Shown: in pieces, positions 9,761-22,290 of the stretch
How the letters are laid out: each line of letters begins with the position of its first letter
Numbering within the stretch: the first letter of the stretch is position 1
Source of the DNA: Microcoleus sp.
GTDB lineage: Bacteria; Cyanobacteriota; Cyanobacteriia; Cyanobacteriales; Microcoleaceae
DNA: 64,000 nt
Direction of reading: 5' to 3'
NCBI GenBank assembly: GCA_052279835.1
Contig: CP181291.1
Coordinates: forward strand, 512,001 to 576,000
Notes under the pieces: model-generated
Seen by the model: only the letters and a program-made list of their open reading frames with translations
Told to the model about the DNA's origin: nothing
The model's database searches: none
Made by a program: the position numbers and the translations under genes

Positions 9761-11474
9761 TGGGTGGCTGCTGATATTTATTCAACAAAGCCGCAAAACG
9801 TTTGTAATCAAAAGGCTTCCTCAAATACTCCGCAGCCCCCAACTCAAAACCCTGATTTTTGTCGTCCAAAAAAGTCATCATAATTACCGGAATATCAGCC
9901 AAATCAGGGTCTGCTTTCAAAGCAGAAAGTACCGTCCAGCCATCCATGCTCGGCATCATGACGTCCAGAGTAATCGCATCGGGCCGCAACTCCTTAGCTA
10001 ACAGCAGCCCCCCTTCACCGCTAGCGGAGGAATGCACTTGAAAACCCTGTTTGGACAAGCAGCGAGTCATTAAATCCCGTGTGTCTGGATCGTCATCAAT
10101 TACCAGCACTTTAGAATTTGGTTCTAGGGAAATAGCCGCTCGCACTTCATCCATGTTTTCGTCTTCTACTACATCTATTTGTGAATATAAATCAGACTGA
10201 TGTTCTAATTCTCGATCGCCCGCAGCTTCTGTTTCGATTTTAACTACCACCGGCAACCGGATAGTAAAAGTAGAACCGCTTTGAAACTCGCTCTCAACAG
10301 TAATATCACCCCCCATCATCTGGCAAAACTTCTTGCTAATGATTAGCCCCAAACCAGTACCGCCGTACTTGCGAGTAGTAGAGTCATCCGCTTGGGAAAA
10401 AGCCCCGAACAGATTCATCATCTGATCCTCAGTCATACCAATGCCTGTATCCCTGACTTGAAACACGATGGACTGCGGGTGAAACCTAGACTCAACATTG
10501 AGTTTTTCCTCGGAATTTTGACAAGGAAAAACCGCCATTTCTTCCTTCCAAACACTAATCGTAATTTGACCACGATTAGTAAACTTAGCAGCATTACTAG
10601 CCAAATTCAGCAGCGCTTGCCGCACTTTGGCAGAATCAGCCCGCATCGTACCCAGATTGGGCGGGCAATCCACCACCAGAGTATTACTATTTTTCAGCGC
10701 CTGGGGTTTAACGGTAGTTACCACTTCTTCCACCACATTTGACACCAGGAAAGTCTCCAAAAACAGAGTCATCTTTCCCGCCTCAATTTTAGAAATATCC
10801 AGGATGTCGCTAATAATACCTAGCAACTGCTTGCCTGCTATATTAATGCTGGCTAAATCCATCACAAAATCTTCTTCGCCTAGTTCCTGAGCCTCTTCTT
10901 GCAGCAACTCACTATAGCCGAGAATCGCATTTAAAGGTGTTCGCAATTCGTGGGTCATATTTGCCAAAAATGTACTTTTAGCCCGGTTGGCGGCTTCGGC
11001 AGCGTCCTTAGCGATTTCTAATTCCCGGCTACGTTCCTCTAGCTGTTGGCGACGGACTTCTAAGCCGTTGAGCAAACTGCTAATTTGCTGTGCCATTGTA
11101 TTGAGAGTAGAAGATAGCACGCCGATCGCGTCATTAGAAATAATCGGCGATCGAGCCGTCAAATCACCGCTGGCAATCATGGATGCAGTTTTTCGCAGCC
11201 AGCCAATCTTCCTAATCAGTGCCGAAACCGACACCAAGGCAACTATGCCGGCGATCGAACTCAAAATCCAAGCCCCGATCAGCCAACGCTGAGTGCGGCT
11301 CACCACCCCCAAAGTCTGCTGCACTAGCACCGCCATTACTTCGTCAGAAACTCCCCCCTCCACTGAGGCTGATTTAATCGCCAGCACATAGTTTTGCATC
11401 TCCGTAGCACCGATCCACCCGATGCCCACGGCCATCCAAGTTACCAATACCAAGATCGTAAACAGCCCGATCAA
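9756..11474 (-). CDS. Hybrid histidine kinase (2 TM-HAMP-HisKA-HATPase-REC); probably the 3' part of a frameshifted fusion
   Basis: [14 protein letters not shown]-box, N/G1/F/G2 boxes, C-terminal receiver (LDVMMP); overlaps the upstream ORF by about 100 nt. Confidence 0.9.
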   Translation of the reverse strand: MIGLFTILVLVTWMAVGIGWIGATEMQNYVLAIKSASVEGGVSDEVMAVLVQQTLGVVSRTQRWLIGAWILSSIAGIVALVSVSALIRKIGWLRKTASMIASGDLTARSPIISNDAIGVLSSTLNTMAQQISSLLNGLEVRRQQLEERSRELEIAKDAAEAANRAKSTFLANMTHELRTPLNAILGYSELLQEEAQELGEEDFVMDLASINIAGKQLLGIISDILDISKIEAGKMTLFLETFLVSNVVEEVVTTVKPQALKNSNTLVVDCPPNLGTMRADSAKVRQALLNLASNAAKFTNRGQITISVWKEEMAVFPCQNSEEKLNVESRFHPQSIVFQVRDTGIGMTEDQMMNLFGAFSQADDSTTRKYGGTGLGLIISKKFCQMMGGDITVESEFQSGSTFTIRLPVVVKIETEAAGDRELEHQSDLYSQIDVVEDENMDEVRAAISLEPNSKVLVIDDDPDTRDLMTRCLSKQGFQVHSSASGEGGLLLAKELRPDAITLDVMMPSMDGWTVLSALKADPDLADIPVIMMTFLDDKNQGFELGAAEYLRKPFDYKRFAALLNKYQQPPN

Positions 11475-12666
11475 AGAAGCGCGAGTTTCCCACGGATATC
11501 TGCTTGGAAATCAGTGCAGCCGCCCAAGGATAATTTTTGAGGAAAGGATCGGGACTCACGGATGCGCCAGAATTCCAAATCTCCTCAATTTGACCATCTA
11601 ACCTCACCTTCCCAATGCGCACTGTTTTCCAGGTATGCTGCGTTTTGGCATCTATTTTCACCATGCCGGAGGGTGCGGCAAACTCAATATTTTTAGCAGC
11701 CTCCCTCACTTTTGTCACTTCTATCGAACCCGCTTTTTCTACTGCTTTTTTCCACAGATAAACGCTCAAATAAGCAGCTTCGATGGGGTCATCTGTCACT
11801 CGATCTTGCCCATATTTTTCTTTATAGGCTTTCACAAATTCACGATTTTCTGGTGTATCGACTGTTTGAAAATAGTTCCAAACTACCAAATGGCCCGCAA
11901 TGTTTTCAGGTCCGATCGCCCGTACTTCTTCCTCTGCTACACTTACCGACATCACCGGCAACTCATCCGCCTTTACTCCCGCTTCCCGCAGCTTTTGGAA
12001 AAAAGCCACGTTGCTATCGCCGTTGAGAGTGTTCAGAATCGCATCGGGTTTTACTGCTAGAATATGGGCGATCGCCTCATCAACATCCCTCGAACCCAGT
12101 GGCAGATAAACTTCCCCCGCCAACACCCCGGAGACTGCCGCCAGTTGAGCTTTCACAATCTGATTTGCCGTGCGGGGAAAAATATAATCCGAACCCAGGA
12201 GAAAAATTTTCCGCTTCGACAGTCCCAGCAAATAATCCACCCCAGGTACAATCTGTTGATTGGGAGCAGCACCAGTGTAGAAAATATGCCGAGACTGTTC
12301 GAGTCCTTCGTACTGTAACGGATAAAACAGCAACCCATTCAGATCCTCGAACACCGGAAGCACCGCTTTGCGACTTGCCGAAGTCCAGCATCCAAATACT
12401 ACGGCCACCCCTTCTTCTAGGAGTAATTGCTTAGCTTTTTGAGCAAAAGTTTGCAAATCGCTTGCGCCATCTTCGATAACTGCTTCCAGTAGGTGTCCGA
12501 GAACTCCTCCGCTGGCATTGATTTCCCCAACAGCTAATAGCGTCGCATCTTTAACTGAAATTCCGCTGACAGACATGGTGCCCGTCAGCGAATGCAACAC
12601 GCCTATTTTTATTGGCTGGCGATCGGCTGCTGCTGCTTTCAAGGGATTACTGCTCCTTGCTCCCAT
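11374..12666 (-). CDS. UrtA/AmiC-like urea/amide-binding domain; probably the 5' part of a frameshifted fusion with the kinase
   Basis: [40 protein letters not shown] and NTLNGDSN motifs; no signal peptide; the last ~40 aa look out of frame. Confidence 0.88.
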   Translation of the reverse strand: MGARSSNPLKAAAADRQPIKIGVLHSLTGTMSVSGISVKDATLLAVGEINASGGVLGHLLEAVIEDGASDLQTFAQKAKQLLLEEGVAVVFGCWTSASRKAVLPVFEDLNGLLFYPLQYEGLEQSRHIFYTGAAPNQQIVPGVDYLLGLSKRKIFLLGSDYIFPRTANQIVKAQLAAVSGVLAGEVYLPLGSRDVDEAIAHILAVKPDAILNTLNGDSNVAFFQKLREAGVKADELPVMSVSVAEEEVRAIGPENIAGHLVVWNYFQTVDTPENREFVKAYKEKYGQDRVTDDPIEAAYLSVYLWKKAVEKAGSIEVTKVREAAKNIEFAAPSGMVKIDAKTQHTWKTVRIGKVRLDGQIEEIWNSGASVSPDPFLKNYPWAAALISKQISVGNSRFFDRAVYDLGIGNLDGRGHRVDRCYGDAKLCAGD

Positions 12667-12979
12667 AGGGTTTTACATACTTTTTACTAACTTATAAATT
12701 TTAGTTCTATCTTGGGGGAGTTGATCGGAATGCTAACTGTTATTTTGTAAATTGTTTAACCCTACCGCAACAAAAGTTTGCAATTGGTACAGGCTCTCCA
12801 TCTGTAACTAGCTCGTATTTTGCCCCAGGGACGGTCAAGTGTCGATCGCCCTCAAACCTTTGCCGCAATCTCCCTTCAGACAGATGGACATACCCCTTAT
12901 TTCTCTTAGTATTAATCTATGCTTAGATTTCAAGTAAACACATTTAAAATATTTTTGTCAAACAAAAGGGTGAAGGCTA

Positions 12980-13183
12980 ATGAATATTGAAGAAAACGCA
13001 ACCATCACAGACAGCACTAACAAAGTCAGTTTACCCAAATCCAAACAGGAATTACTCGCCGAGCAAAGCGAAAAAGCCCTTGGGCAACAGAAACAAGACA
13101 ATGCTAACACGATGCGTGCTGTGGAACAGTTGAAAGAAGAAATGCAGCACAAAATCGATGAAGAATGTCCTCACCATACATAG
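12980..13183 (+). CDS. Small hydrophilic hypothetical protein
   Basis: 67-aa charged ORF with purine-rich leader, upstream of the CsbD cluster. Confidence 0.5.
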   Translation: MNIEENATITDSTNKVSLPKSKQELLAEQSEKALGQQKQDNANTMRAVEQLKEEMQHKIDEECPHHT

Positions 13184-13507
13184 CATGAGGCAGGCAGCAG
13201 GCAGAAGGTGCAAGGAGTGGGTTTATCTTGTCACGAAGTCGAAGCGATCGGCAACCGTGTTAGCAAGCAGGAATAAGCCAGAAGGTGTGGGCAAGAGAGT
13301 ATCTTGCTCGCACCTATTTTTGAGTGCAAAATTTAGAAGGAGAATTGTCAGTGAACTCATCCTCCATCAAATCAATTTTCCCATCCAAAATCAAAAAAAA
13401 ATAGATGGACTTCTTTCTACCTATAGAGGGAGTGCAAATAAGCTCGTCAATCAATATTATTAATTTAAGTAGAAACTGTAAAGCTAAATACAGACAAGGA
13501 GAAACCA

Positions 13508-13696
13508 ATGAGTATTGAAGATAGAGCAAAGGCAACTGCCAAAAACATCGAAGGTGCAGCTCAAGAAACTATTGGCAATGTTACTGGCGATCCCAAGGAT
13601 AAAGCTGAAGGCAAAGCCAAGCAAAAACAAGCTGAAACCAGCCATGCAGTCCAAGACGCAAAAGATGCCGTCAAAGACGTAATAGACAAAGCGTAA
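13508..13696 (+). CDS. CsbD family stress protein
   Basis: MSIEDRAKATAKNIEG.AQE.IG.VTGD..DKAEGKAKQ; AAGGAG RBS. Confidence 0.92.
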   Translation: MSIEDRAKATAKNIEGAAQETIGNVTGDPKDKAEGKAKQKQAETSHAVQDAKDAVKDVIDKA

Positions 13697-13708
13697 CATT
13701 TGGTTTGG

Positions 13709-13737
13709 TGAAAGGGTCTCAATCTCAGACCCTTTCA
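13709..13737 (+). terminator. Hairpin downstream of the CsbD gene
   Basis: TGAAAGGGTCT-caatctc-AGACCCTTTCA. Confidence 0.6.
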
Positions 13738-13773
13738 ACTCTTCAAAATTGTTTTAAATAGGAGGAAAAAAAA

Positions 13774-14217
13774 GTGAGTTTATTTGAGCAAAGTCGCAAA
13801 ATAATTGTTGGACTACTCTTGGTTTTAGTGCTCAGTTTTACCACAGCTTGCACCCCAAGCGTTTCAGCTCAAAAACCGATGAATACACCTGTAGCCATTG
13901 GTGGCAGTCAGGGTAATTACGCGCAGCTAGAACAGGGGAATACCGCAGCAGGTCAAGATTTTGGTCAATGGGTAACAAAGACGGCTAAGGGACTGGTTCA
14001 AGATGCTTATGTGCGCGACAACAACAAGCTGGGAGTTGTGATTACCCCCCAAGTCCGCCCTACAGAAGTCAAGGATTTGGCGAAATCTTTAGCACAAGGT
14101 TTTCACAAGAATTTTCCTAATCAAGATGTAAGTGTTTTGGTGTATGCGCCAGATAAAAAACTGATTTTGACTGCCAAGTATGACCAGCAATCAAATCAAA
14201 TAGAATACAAGTCTTGA
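13774..14217 (+). CDS. Hypothetical exported protein/lipoprotein
   Basis: Signal peptide with FTTAC lipobox-like motif; AGGAGG RBS. Confidence 0.8.
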   Translation: MSLFEQSRKIIVGLLLVLVLSFTTACTPSVSAQKPMNTPVAIGGSQGNYAQLEQGNTAAGQDFGQWVTKTAKGLVQDAYVRDNNKLGVVITPQVRPTEVKDLAKSLAQGFHKNFPNQDVSVLVYAPDKKLILTAKYDQQSNQIEYKS

Positions 14218-14329
14218 CCGAATTAGTCAGTTACAAATCTCGCCAATCTGTAGTTTAATCTACCGCTAATTATTGGCAAAAAAGTCTCTACGTGAGACAC
14301 AGATGTTGTCTAGATGGGAAAAAAACACG

Positions 14330-14842
14330 ATGAGTACCAGCGATAATTACAAACGTCAAATCATGAGCGATTTGGCAAGTGGCGATCGAGAAATGATGCC
14401 AGAAACATCCGGGGAAGAATACGAAAATTTTGACGATTTTGCTCAGCGAACCTCGCCCCAGCAGCGCAAACAATTATTTGGTAATTCTCTGAATCATGAC
14501 TCCTTGCCACCGGCGCAATTGGAACCGGAATTGCAAAAAGCGATCGCCCAAATTAAACCAAACGAACGGGATGACGTGGCGCGGGAATTTTTCAAGCAAT
14601 TGAGCAAGAGAGGATTGAACGATCGCGCCTTGGAACAACAGCTAGGGCTTTCTACTCACCACGCCAGTCGCATGAATGCTGACGATGTTACCAAATTAGC
14701 CTCGTTTACCTATCACAATCACCCGGATATTTTCCGAGAAGTGTTAGCCGAACAGCCTAGTTTGATGAAGTTTTTAGGAAATCCAGTGGTGGCTGGTATT
14801 TTGGGAATAGTTGCTGCTAAGTGGCTCAACAACCGCAAATAG
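14330..14842 (+). CDS. Hypothetical protein with C-terminal hydrophobic tail
   Basis: Likely start MSTSDNYK; ends NPVVAGILGIVAAKWL. Confidence 0.75.
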   Translation: MSTSDNYKRQIMSDLASGDREMMPETSGEEYENFDDFAQRTSPQQRKQLFGNSLNHDSLPPAQLEPELQKAIAQIKPNERDDVAREFFKQLSKRGLNDRALEQQLGLSTHHASRMNADDVTKLASFTYHNHPDIFREVLAEQPSLMKFLGNPVVAGILGIVAAKWLNNRK

Positions 14843-14878
14843 TCTGGTTTTCAGACAAGCCTAAAAGTTAAAGCCAGT

Positions 14879-14908
14879 AAAGGGCGATCGTCAGTGCGAT
14901 CGCCCTTT
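14879..14908 (+). terminator. HIP1-based hairpin, putative terminator
   Basis: AAAGGGCGATCG-tcagtg-CGATCGCCCTTT. Confidence 0.55.
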
Positions 14909-14982
14909 AATATTTTATACCAAAATCACCAAATTCTACCCCTTAATTCGTGTTACTAAAAGCAATTATTTTGGCCGAAGAT

Positions 14983-15070
14983 GCCCAAGTCCCAATCCCC
15001 AATTCCCGATGCCCAATTCCCAATCCCCAATGCCCAATTCCCGATGCCCCCTGCCCAATTCCCAATTCGC
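14983..15070. repeat. STRR-type heptamer tandem repeat (CCCAAT(T/C/G))
   Basis: About 12 imperfect 7-mers. Confidence 0.85.
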
Positions 15071-15111
15071 AATGTAGGATTAAGTCTTGCCGTGAATTAG
15101 CAAAAAAAAAG

Positions 15112-15894
15112 ATGAAGATATCCTCTATTTGGCGAAAACTCCGCCACCAGCAAGCCCTGGGCTTTAGTGTACTGTTAGCAGTTTGCCTCGTATTCATCGG
15201 TTGTTCCCCCGCCCAGTCAGCCGGTGGTAATCCAGTCGATCCCAAATTAAAAGAGCAAGTCTTGCAAATCATCCGCGAAAACCCGCAAGCAATTTTGGAA
15301 TCGGTACAAGCATATCAGCAACAACAGCAAGAGACTCTGAAAGCAGCGCAGCAGTCATTTTTGCAGGAGATGAAAACTAATCCTAAATCTGCCATCGGCG
15401 ATTCTCCCAGTACCGGTGCTGCTTCGCAACAGATTGTACTGTTAGAATTTTCCGATTTTCAATGTCCGTTTTGCGCCCGCGCTCACGATACTGTCAAGCA
15501 GTTTATGGCCAAACACCAGGACAAAGTTACTTTAGCCTACAAACATTTTCCCTTGACTTCCATTCACCCTCAAGCCCTACCCGCAGCCAAAGCAGCCTGG
15601 GCTGCCCAACAGCAGGGTAAATTCTGGGAATATTACAATGCTTTGTTTGAGGGACAAAAACAGTTAGGTGAGGAATTGTACGGATCTATCGCCCAAAAAC
15701 TCAATCTCAAATTAGATAAATTCAACAGCGATCGCAACAGTCCCGCCGCCGAAGCCGCCATTGGGAAAGACGTGCAACTGGCTCAAAAGTTGGGTATAGA
15801 AGGCACTCCCTTCTTTATTATGAACGGCAAAACCTTCTCAGGGGCGATCGAGCTTGCTGAAATGGAAAGCATTCTCGCTAGTCTCTCAAAATAA
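15112..15894 (+). CDS. DsbA family thiol-disulfide oxidoreductase
   Basis: EFSDFQCPFC, KHFPL and GTP.F motifs; N-terminal signal/lipobox. Confidence 0.92.
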   Translation: MKISSIWRKLRHQQALGFSVLLAVCLVFIGCSPAQSAGGNPVDPKLKEQVLQIIRENPQAILESVQAYQQQQQETLKAAQQSFLQEMKTNPKSAIGDSPSTGAASQQIVLLEFSDFQCPFCARAHDTVKQFMAKHQDKVTLAYKHFPLTSIHPQALPAAKAAWAAQQQGKFWEYYNALFEGQKQLGEELYGSIAQKLNLKLDKFNSDRNSPAAEAAIGKDVQLAQKLGIEGTPFFIMNGKTFSGAIELAEMESILASLSK

Positions 15895-15967
15895 GTCCGT
15901 AACGGCAGAAAAAACTAAATTTCCACAGCCCCGACTTCTTTAAGAAGTCGGAGCTCGATCGCAAAAC

Positions 15968-16004
15968 AAGCTTGAAAACCCCGTCCTTTAAGGACGGCTT
16001 TTTT
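15968..16004. mobile_element. IS200/IS605-like terminal hairpin remnant
   Basis: GAAAACCCCGTCCTTTAAGGACGGCTTT resembles cyanobacterial IS605-family subterminal palindromes; no transposase adjacent. Confidence 0.45.
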
Positions 16005-16393
16005 TGTTCCTTAATGTTTGGTTACACACACCAACTGCAACAGTAAGTCTGTAACTGAGAAAGGCGATATTTTGAGTTTCACTTAATTGAGAACCAGTAT
16101 CGCCACATAATTTTACGTTTGATTAAGTAGATTAACTTATTGTAAAAATTGACTGCTGGCGTAAGTCATGTATATTTACTGACCGTTTTATAAAATAGGG
16201 AACAAATTCCATATAAGTATTGTCTTAGGGGAGTTATAAGTTGCTAATAATTGAAGAAGTTTTGCCTGTTAACAGCTATATAAAACCTAGCAAGTAAATT
16301 CAAATAAGTATTATTTTTAAATATTTATATGAAAATAACAGGCAAGACAATCGTCACTTTTAATATCGAAAGACCTGGCATCTACGAGGAGAA

Positions 16394-19300
16394 TTGATCG
16401 TGGAAAAAATTACGCAGATAGTATTCATCGATCCAAGCGTTGAAGATTACCAAAGCCTTGCACAAAGCACAGAACCAAAGACAGAAACATTGATACTCGA
16501 TCGCACAGGCGATGGAGTCGAGCAAATTACCCAGTTACTAGCCAACTACACCAATATTTCCGCCGTTCACATCATTTCTCACGGCGGGCCAGGAAGTTTA
16601 CAACTGGGAGCAATGGAGCTAAATTCCGATAACCTAGACACCTACGGCGATCGGTTTGAGCAGTGGAAAAAAGCCCTAACTCCCAACGCCGATCTTCTCC
16701 TCTACGGTTGTAACGTGGCTGCACAAATCGCCCAACCCATAGGCGAAGTCTCATTTTTGCAACGCCTCAATCAACTCACAGGTGCAGACATCGCCGCGTC
16801 TAAAACTCTCACAGGGAGTGCTCAATTAGGTGGTAACTGGGATTTAGAAGTCACAATTGGTTCCATTGACACAGATTTAGCATTCAGCCAAGAGGCGATC
16901 GCAAATTACAGCCACGTTTTAGCTACTTTCGGAGTCACCAACACCAACGACTCCGGCCCAAACTCGCTGCGAGATGCCATTGCCCAAGCCAATGCTACAC
17001 CTGGGGCAGATATTATTGACCTAACTGGCATTACTGGGACGATCGCCCTTGCTAGCGCGCTGCCAATTATTAATGAAAGCCTCAGTCTAAACGGCCCTGG
17101 GGTGGCCAACCTGACAGTCAGCGGTAACAGCCTATTCCAGATCCTCAGCACTAATAACGGCCCTGTTAGCATTTCTAACCTCACCTTTGCTAACGCTAAT
17201 ACCGCTGGCGGTGGCGGTGCGATTAATAACGCCTCCGGCGTTACCCTGAACCTCACCAACGTTAACTTTTCCAGCAACACGGCGGGACTCGGCGGTGCTC
17301 TTTTCAACCAGGGTGGCACAGTCACGATCGCTGGTTCCAAGTTTACTGCCAATACAGTCAACGGTTTCGGCGGCGGCGCGATCCGGCAGGGTGGCGGTAT
17401 TTTAAGTATTTTTGACAGCACTTTCACCGAAAACACAGCAAATGCGGCGAGTCAAGGCGGCGGTGCGATTTTGATCGATGGCGGTGCGGTAAACATTACT
17501 GGCAGCACCTTTGCGGGCAATAGTGCACAAAATACCGACGGTGGCGGTGCTATTTATCACAGAGGCGGAACCGAACTACTGAGCATTGTCAACAGCACTT
17601 TCACTAACAATATTTCAGTGGCTGACGGCGGTGCAATCAGGAACGATACCCAGCCATTGAGTGTTACCAGCAGCACCTTTAACGACAATCGAGCTACACA
17701 AAATGCAGGTGCGATCAGGAACGACGGTACGGCAACCATTACTAACAGTACGTTTTCTGCCAACACCGCAGCCAACTTTGGCGCAATCAGGAATGGTGGT
17801 ACTCTGAATCTCAGCAGCAGCACTCTGACTCTCAATACTGCCACGAATCAAGGCGGCGGTATTTTCAACACTAATGTGGCAAATGTCCGCAACACCATCA
17901 TTGCTGGCAACACGGCCCCTTTAAACCCCGATGTAGACGGTACATTTACCAGTCAGGGCAATAACTTAATTGGAAATAGTGGTGCTGGTACTGGCTTCAC
18001 GAATGGTGTTAATGGCGACCAAGTAGGCACTGCTGGCACTCCCATTAATCCGAATCTCGGAACACTGGCAAATAACGGTGGCCCCACGCAAACTCACGCA
18101 CCGAATCTAGGTAGTCTCGCGATCGACAGGGGCAATAGCGCGATCGCACTTACCACGGATCAGCGTAACTTAACCAGGCTTTCTGGTAGCAATGTTGACA
18201 TCGGCGCTGTGGAACTACAGCAGACTGTTAGCATCACCGCACTAGATAATTCCGCCTCGGAAACTCCTATTGATACAGGCACTTTCCGCATCAGCCGCAG
18301 TGATAGCACAGTCGGTAATTTGACGGTGAATCTTGCCATTGATGCCAGCAGCACCGCCATTGCCGCTGACTACAATCTGAGTAGTACCTTTCCCGTCACT
18401 ATTCCCAACGGGCAAAGCTTTGTGGATGTGACTCTCACCCCGGTGGATGACGCAATACCGGAGTTGGCAGAGACGCTGCGACTGAATTTGCTAAATGGGA
18501 ATTATACGATCGCACCAGCCAGCAGCAATGCTACGGTGACAATTACAGCCAATGACTCGATTGCTTATGCGATCGCACTCACAAATCCAGCCACCGGTTC
18601 CTTAATAGAAGGCAACTCCGGCACTAAACCCGTCACCTTCACCGTCACCCGCAGCGGTGGTACAGGGGTAGCGAGTACAGTAAATTACGCGATCGCAGGA
18701 ACCGCAACCAACGGCGCAGACTACAATAATATCAATGCTGCGGGGGCTAATAGCGCCACAGGGGCGATCGCCTTTGCCGCCAACGAAACTACTAAAACCA
18801 TCTCTGTTGATGTCTTGGGAGAAACCCTAGTTGAACCTGACGAGACAATTACCGTCACCCTGAGCAACCCGAATTTGACCGCAGCCCCGGAAAGTTCTAC
18901 CATCACCGCCAACACTGCCACTGCTACCATCACCAATGACGATACCCCCCTTATTTCTATCAATAATGTAGTTGTCACTGAGGGAAATACGGGTACTGTT
19001 AACGCCACCTTTACTGCCTCCCTTTCAGCAGTTTCTAACTTGCCTGTCACCGTCAATTATGCTACTGCCGACGGCACTGCCACTACCGCCGATAGCGATT
19101 ACGTAGCAACCACAGGAAGTATCAGCTTTGCCGCCGGAGAAACCACCAAAACAATTACTGTTCCTGTCAATGGTGATGGGAAATTAGAAACTAACGAAAC
19201 ATTCAACGTCAATCTCAGCAATCCTGTCAATGGCACGATAGGCACTGCAATTGGTATTGGGACTATTACTAATGATGATGTTCCATCTTCTGCCAGTAGC

Positions 19301-22066
19301 ATCAGTATTAATAATGTCACCGTAACAGAAGGCAACAGTGGCACTACAAATGCTGTCTTTACTGTCAGCTTAAATAATCCCAGTCCCCAAACCGTCACCG
19401 TCAATTATGCTACTGCCGACGGCACTGCTACTACCGCCGATAGCGATTACGTAGCAACCACAGGAAGTATCAGCTTTGCCGCCGGAGAAACCACCAAAAC
19501 AATTACTGTTCCTGTCAATGGTGATGGGAAATTAGAAACTAACGAAACATTCAACGTCAATCTCAGCAATCCTGTCAATGGCACGATAGGCACTGCAATT
19601 GGTATTGGGACTATTACTAATGATGATGTTCCATCTTCGAGTAGCATCAGTATTAATAATGTCACCGTAACAGAAGGCAACAGTGGCACTACAAATGCTG
19701 TCTTTACTGTCAGCTTAAATAATCCCAGTCCCCAAACCGTCACCGTCAATTATGCTACTGCCGACGGCACTGCTACTACCGCCGATAGCGATTACGTAGC
19801 AACGACAGGAAGTGTCAGTTTTGCCGCCGGAGAAACCACGAAAACAATTACTGTTCCTGTCAATGGTGATGGGAAGTTGGAAACTGACGAAACATTCAAT
19901 GTCAATCTCAGCAATCCTGTCAATGGGACTATAGGCACTGCCACTGGCCTTGGGACTATTACTAATGATGATGTTTCATCTTCGAGTAGCATCAGTATTA
20001 ATAATGTCACGGTAACAGAAGGCAACAGTGGCACTACAAATGCTGTCTTTACTGTCAGCTTAAATAATCCCAGTCCCCAAACCGTCACCGTCAATTATGC
20101 TACTGCCGACGGCACTGCCACTACCGCCGATAGCGATTACGTAGCAACGACAGGAAGTGTCAGTTTTGCCGCCGGAGAAACCACGAAAACAATTACTGTT
20201 CCTGTCAATGGTGATGGGAAGTTGGAAACTGACGAAACATTCAACGTCAATCTCAGCAATCCTGTCAATGGCACTATCGCCACAGCCACTGGCCTTGGGA
20301 CTATTACTAATGATGATGTTTCATCTTCGAGTAGCATCAGTATTAATAATGTCACGGTAACAGAAGGCAACAGTGGCACTACAAATGCTGTCTTTACTGT
20401 CAGCTTAAATAATCCCAGTCCCCAAACCGTCACCGTCAATTATGCTACTGCCGACGGCACTGCTACTACCGCCGATAGCGATTACGTAGCAACGACAGGA
20501 AGTGTCAGTTTTGCCGCCGGAGAAACCACGAAAACAATTACTGTTCCTGTCAATGGTGATGGGAAGTTGGAAACTGACGAAACATTCAATGTCAATCTCA
20601 GCAATCCTGTCAATGGGACTATAGGCACTGCCACTGGCGTTGTGACTATTACTAATGATGACTTGCAGTCACCAACTCCCACTCCAATTCCGACTCCAAC
20701 TCCAACTCCAACTCCAACTCCCACTCCAATTCCGACTCCAATTCCCACTCCAATTCCCACTCCAATTCCCACTCCAACTCCGACTCCAACTCCGACTCCA
20801 ACTCCAATTCCAATTCCAACTCCAACTCCAATTTCAACTCCAATTCCAACTCCAATTCCAATTCCAATTCCGACTCCAACTCCAACTCCGACTCCAACTC
20901 CGACTCCGACTCCAACTCCGACTCCAACTCCGACTCCAACGCCAGAATCTCCAGACGAAGATTGCATTTGCCAGCAAATAACCTTCCCCAGCAAAACTGA
21001 TATTCGTGGCCCGAACCCCATAAATAGCAGCATCAACGATATAGGAAACGAGGATAGCCTTGTGGGCTCGATTGGCAATGACAATATCAACGGCTTAGGT
21101 GGCAACGACTTGCTAATTGGCAACCCTGGGAATGACAATATTTATGGTGGAATTAACAGCGATGTCGGGATTGGCGCGGGCCAAGATGACGACGGGATTT
21201 TTGGGAATGAAGGCGATGATTACCTCAATGGACTCGCTGGGGAAGATGTAATTTTTGCCGGGGAAAACGATGATCTTGTTTACGGTGGTAAAGATGATGA
21301 CATCATGTTTGGAGACAAGGAAAACGATACTTTAATTGGCGATGAGGGTAACGATACTTTATACGGCGGCACTCTTAACTCTTTAGATATCGATTCTACA
21401 GGTCGCGATTTGCTATTTGGCCTCAGTGGCGACGATTATTTGAATGGGCAAGCACTCGCAGATTCCCTTTCTGGCGGCGATGGAAATGATACCGTACATG
21501 GCGGCAAAGGTAATGATTTAGCCTTGGGAGATTTGGGCAGTGATTTGTTGTTTGGCGATGAGGGTAGCGATACTCTCTGTGGCGGGGAGGGAGAGGATAC
21601 TATTTACGGGGATATTGGCAGCCCAGTGCCCGTAGGTTCTGTGGGCGGCCAAGACCAAATATGTGGCGGTGATGGCAATGATTTACTGTTTGGCAATGAA
21701 GGTATGGATACTTTATGCGGGGATGCTGGAAATGATACTCTTAACGGTGGTAAGGATGAAGACAGTTTACTGGGCGGTGCTGGGGACGATTGGCTGTTTG
21801 GAGATGAGGGGAATGATACTTTAATTGGAGGTACTGGGAACGATCGATTTATCTTAGGTATCGACAATGGCCGCGAGACTATTTTAGACTTTCAAAGTGG
21901 CAGGGATGCGATCGGCTTAATTGGCGGTTTAAGTTTTTCGCAATTGAGCATTAATGTAGAAAATAATTTTACCTTAATCCGAGTTACCAGTTCCGGTCAA
22001 CTGTTGGCTACTCTCACCAATGTGTCCACAGGACTGATTAATGCTACGGATTTTGCAATCCTGTAA
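16394..22066 (+). CDS. Large secreted adhesin: DUF4347, beta-helix, multiple Calx-beta domains, Pro/Thr linker, RTX Ca-binding repeats
   Basis: HIISHG..G.LQLG / LLYGCNVA / GGNWDLE (DUF4347); DQR...[21 protein letters not shown] (Calx-beta); GGxGxD nonapeptides. Confidence 0.93.
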   Translation: MIVEKITQIVFIDPSVEDYQSLAQSTEPKTETLILDRTGDGVEQITQLLANYTNISAVHIISHGGPGSLQLGAMELNSDNLDTYGDRFEQWKKALTPNADLLLYGCNVAAQIAQPIGEVSFLQRLNQLTGADIAASKTLTGSAQLGGNWDLEVTIGSIDTDLAFSQEAIANYSHVLATFGVTNTNDSGPNSLRDAIAQANATPGADIIDLTGITGTIALASALPIINESLSLNGPGVANLTVSGNSLFQILSTNNGPVSISNLTFANANTAGGGGAINNASGVTLNLTNVNFSSNTAGLGGALFNQGGTVTIAGSKFTANTVNGFGGGAIRQGGGILSIFDSTFTENTANAASQGGGAILIDGGAVNITGSTFAGNSAQNTDGGGAIYHRGGTELLSIVNSTFTNNISVADGGAIRNDTQPLSVTSSTFNDNRATQNAGAIRNDGTATITNSTFSANTAANFGAIRNGGTLNLSSSTLTLNTATNQGGGIFNTNVANVRNTIIAGNTAPLNPDVDGTFTSQGNNLIGNSGAGTGFTNGVNGDQVGTAGTPINPNLGTLANNGGPTQTHAPNLGSLAIDRGNSAIALTTDQRNLTRLSGSNVDIGAVELQQTVSITALDNSASETPIDTGTFRISRSDSTVGNLTVNLAIDASSTAIAADYNLSSTFPVTIPNGQSFVDVTLTPVDDAIPELAETLRLNLLNGNYTIAPASSNATVTITANDSIAYAIALTNPATGSLIEGNSGTKPVTFTVTRSGGTGVASTVNYAIAGTATNGADYNNINAAGANSATGAIAFAANETTKTISVDVLGETLVEPDETITVTLSNPNLTAAPESSTITANTATATITNDDTPLISINNVVVTEGNTGTVNATFTASLSAVSNLPVTVNYATADGTATTADSDYVATTGSISFAAGETTKTITVPVNGDGKLETNETFNVNLSNPVNGTIGTAIGIGTITNDDVPSSASSISINNVTVTEGNSGTTNAVFTVSLNNPSPQTVTVNYATADGTATTADSDYVATTGSISFAAGETTKTITVPVNGDGKLETNETFNVNLSNPVNGTIGTAIGIGTITNDDVPSSSSISINNVTVTEGNSGTTNAVFTVSLNNPSPQTVTVNYATADGTATTADSDYVATTGSVSFAAGETTKTITVPVNGDGKLETDETFNVNLSNPVNGTIGTATGLGTITNDDVSSSSSISINNVTVTEGNSGTTNAVFTVSLNNPSPQTVTVNYATADGTATTADSDYVATTGSVSFAAGETTKTITVPVNGDGKLETDETFNVNLSNPVNGTIATATGLGTITNDDVSSSSSISINNVTVTEGNSGTTNAVFTVSLNNPSPQTVTVNYATADGTATTADSDYVATTGSVSFAAGETTKTITVPVNGDGKLETDETFNVNLSNPVNGTIGTATGVVTITNDDLQSPTPTPIPTPTPTPTPTPTPIPTPIPTPIPTPIPTPTPTPTPTPTPIPIPTPTPISTPIPTPIPIPIPTPTPTPTPTPTPTPTPTPTPTPTPESPDEDCICQQITFPSKTDIRGPNPINSSINDIGNEDSLVGSIGNDNINGLGGNDLLIGNPGNDNIYGGINSDVGIGAGQDDDGIFGNEGDDYLNGLAGEDVIFAGENDDLVYGGKDDDIMFGDKENDTLIGDEGNDTLYGGTLNSLDIDSTGRDLLFGLSGDDYLNGQALADSLSGGDGNDTVHGGKGNDLALGDLGSDLLFGDEGSDTLCGGEGEDTIYGDIGSPVPVGSVGGQDQICGGDGNDLLFGNEGMDTLCGDAGNDTLNGGKDEDSLLGGAGDDWLFGDEGNDTLIGGTGNDRFILGIDNGRETILDFQSGRDAIGLIGGLSFSQLSINVENNFTLIRVTSSGQLLATLTNVSTGLINATDFAIL
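18950..20662 (+). repeat. Five near-identical 345-348-bp tandem units encoding Calx-beta domains
   Basis: GATTACGTAGCAAC recurs near 19097, 19445, 19790, 20135 and 20480. Confidence 0.95.
20670..20945 (+). repeat. Hexamer microsatellite (CCAACT/CCAATT/CCGACT) encoding a PT/PI linker
   Basis: About 45 consecutive 6-mers. Confidence 0.95.
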
Positions 22067-22082
22067 GTAGTTGAATCAAGGG

Positions 22083-22204
22083 ATCTCCATTTCGGTTGTA
22101 TCGGAATTATTAAACCACAGAGGACACAGAGGACACAGAGGACACAGAGGACACAGAGAAAGAGAGGAGAGAAATAATAATTCCGATGTCAACGGTTTTG
22201 ATAT
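22083..22204. mobile_element. MITE-like element with an internal 9-bp tandem (CACAGAGGA)
   Basis: Imperfect TIRs (CGGTTGTATCGGAATTA / TAATTCCGATGTCAACGG); inverted sister copy at 51520-51622. Confidence 0.65.
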
Positions 22205-22290
22205 GAGTCAATCGATTTTCGATTTTATATTTGATATGATTTCCGGTCGATTGCTCTCGTTAATTTTCCGCTATATCCCACTCAATAATC

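Noticed and set aside
14950..15111. N-terminal extension of DsbA in the ORF track
   Set aside because: It is translated heptamer repeat; the signal peptide begins at ATG 15112
18721..21138. Antisense and alternate-frame ORFs in the adhesin (GVGVGV, ELELE, LQLQ)
   Set aside because: Shadows of the Calx-beta and PT microsatellite repeats
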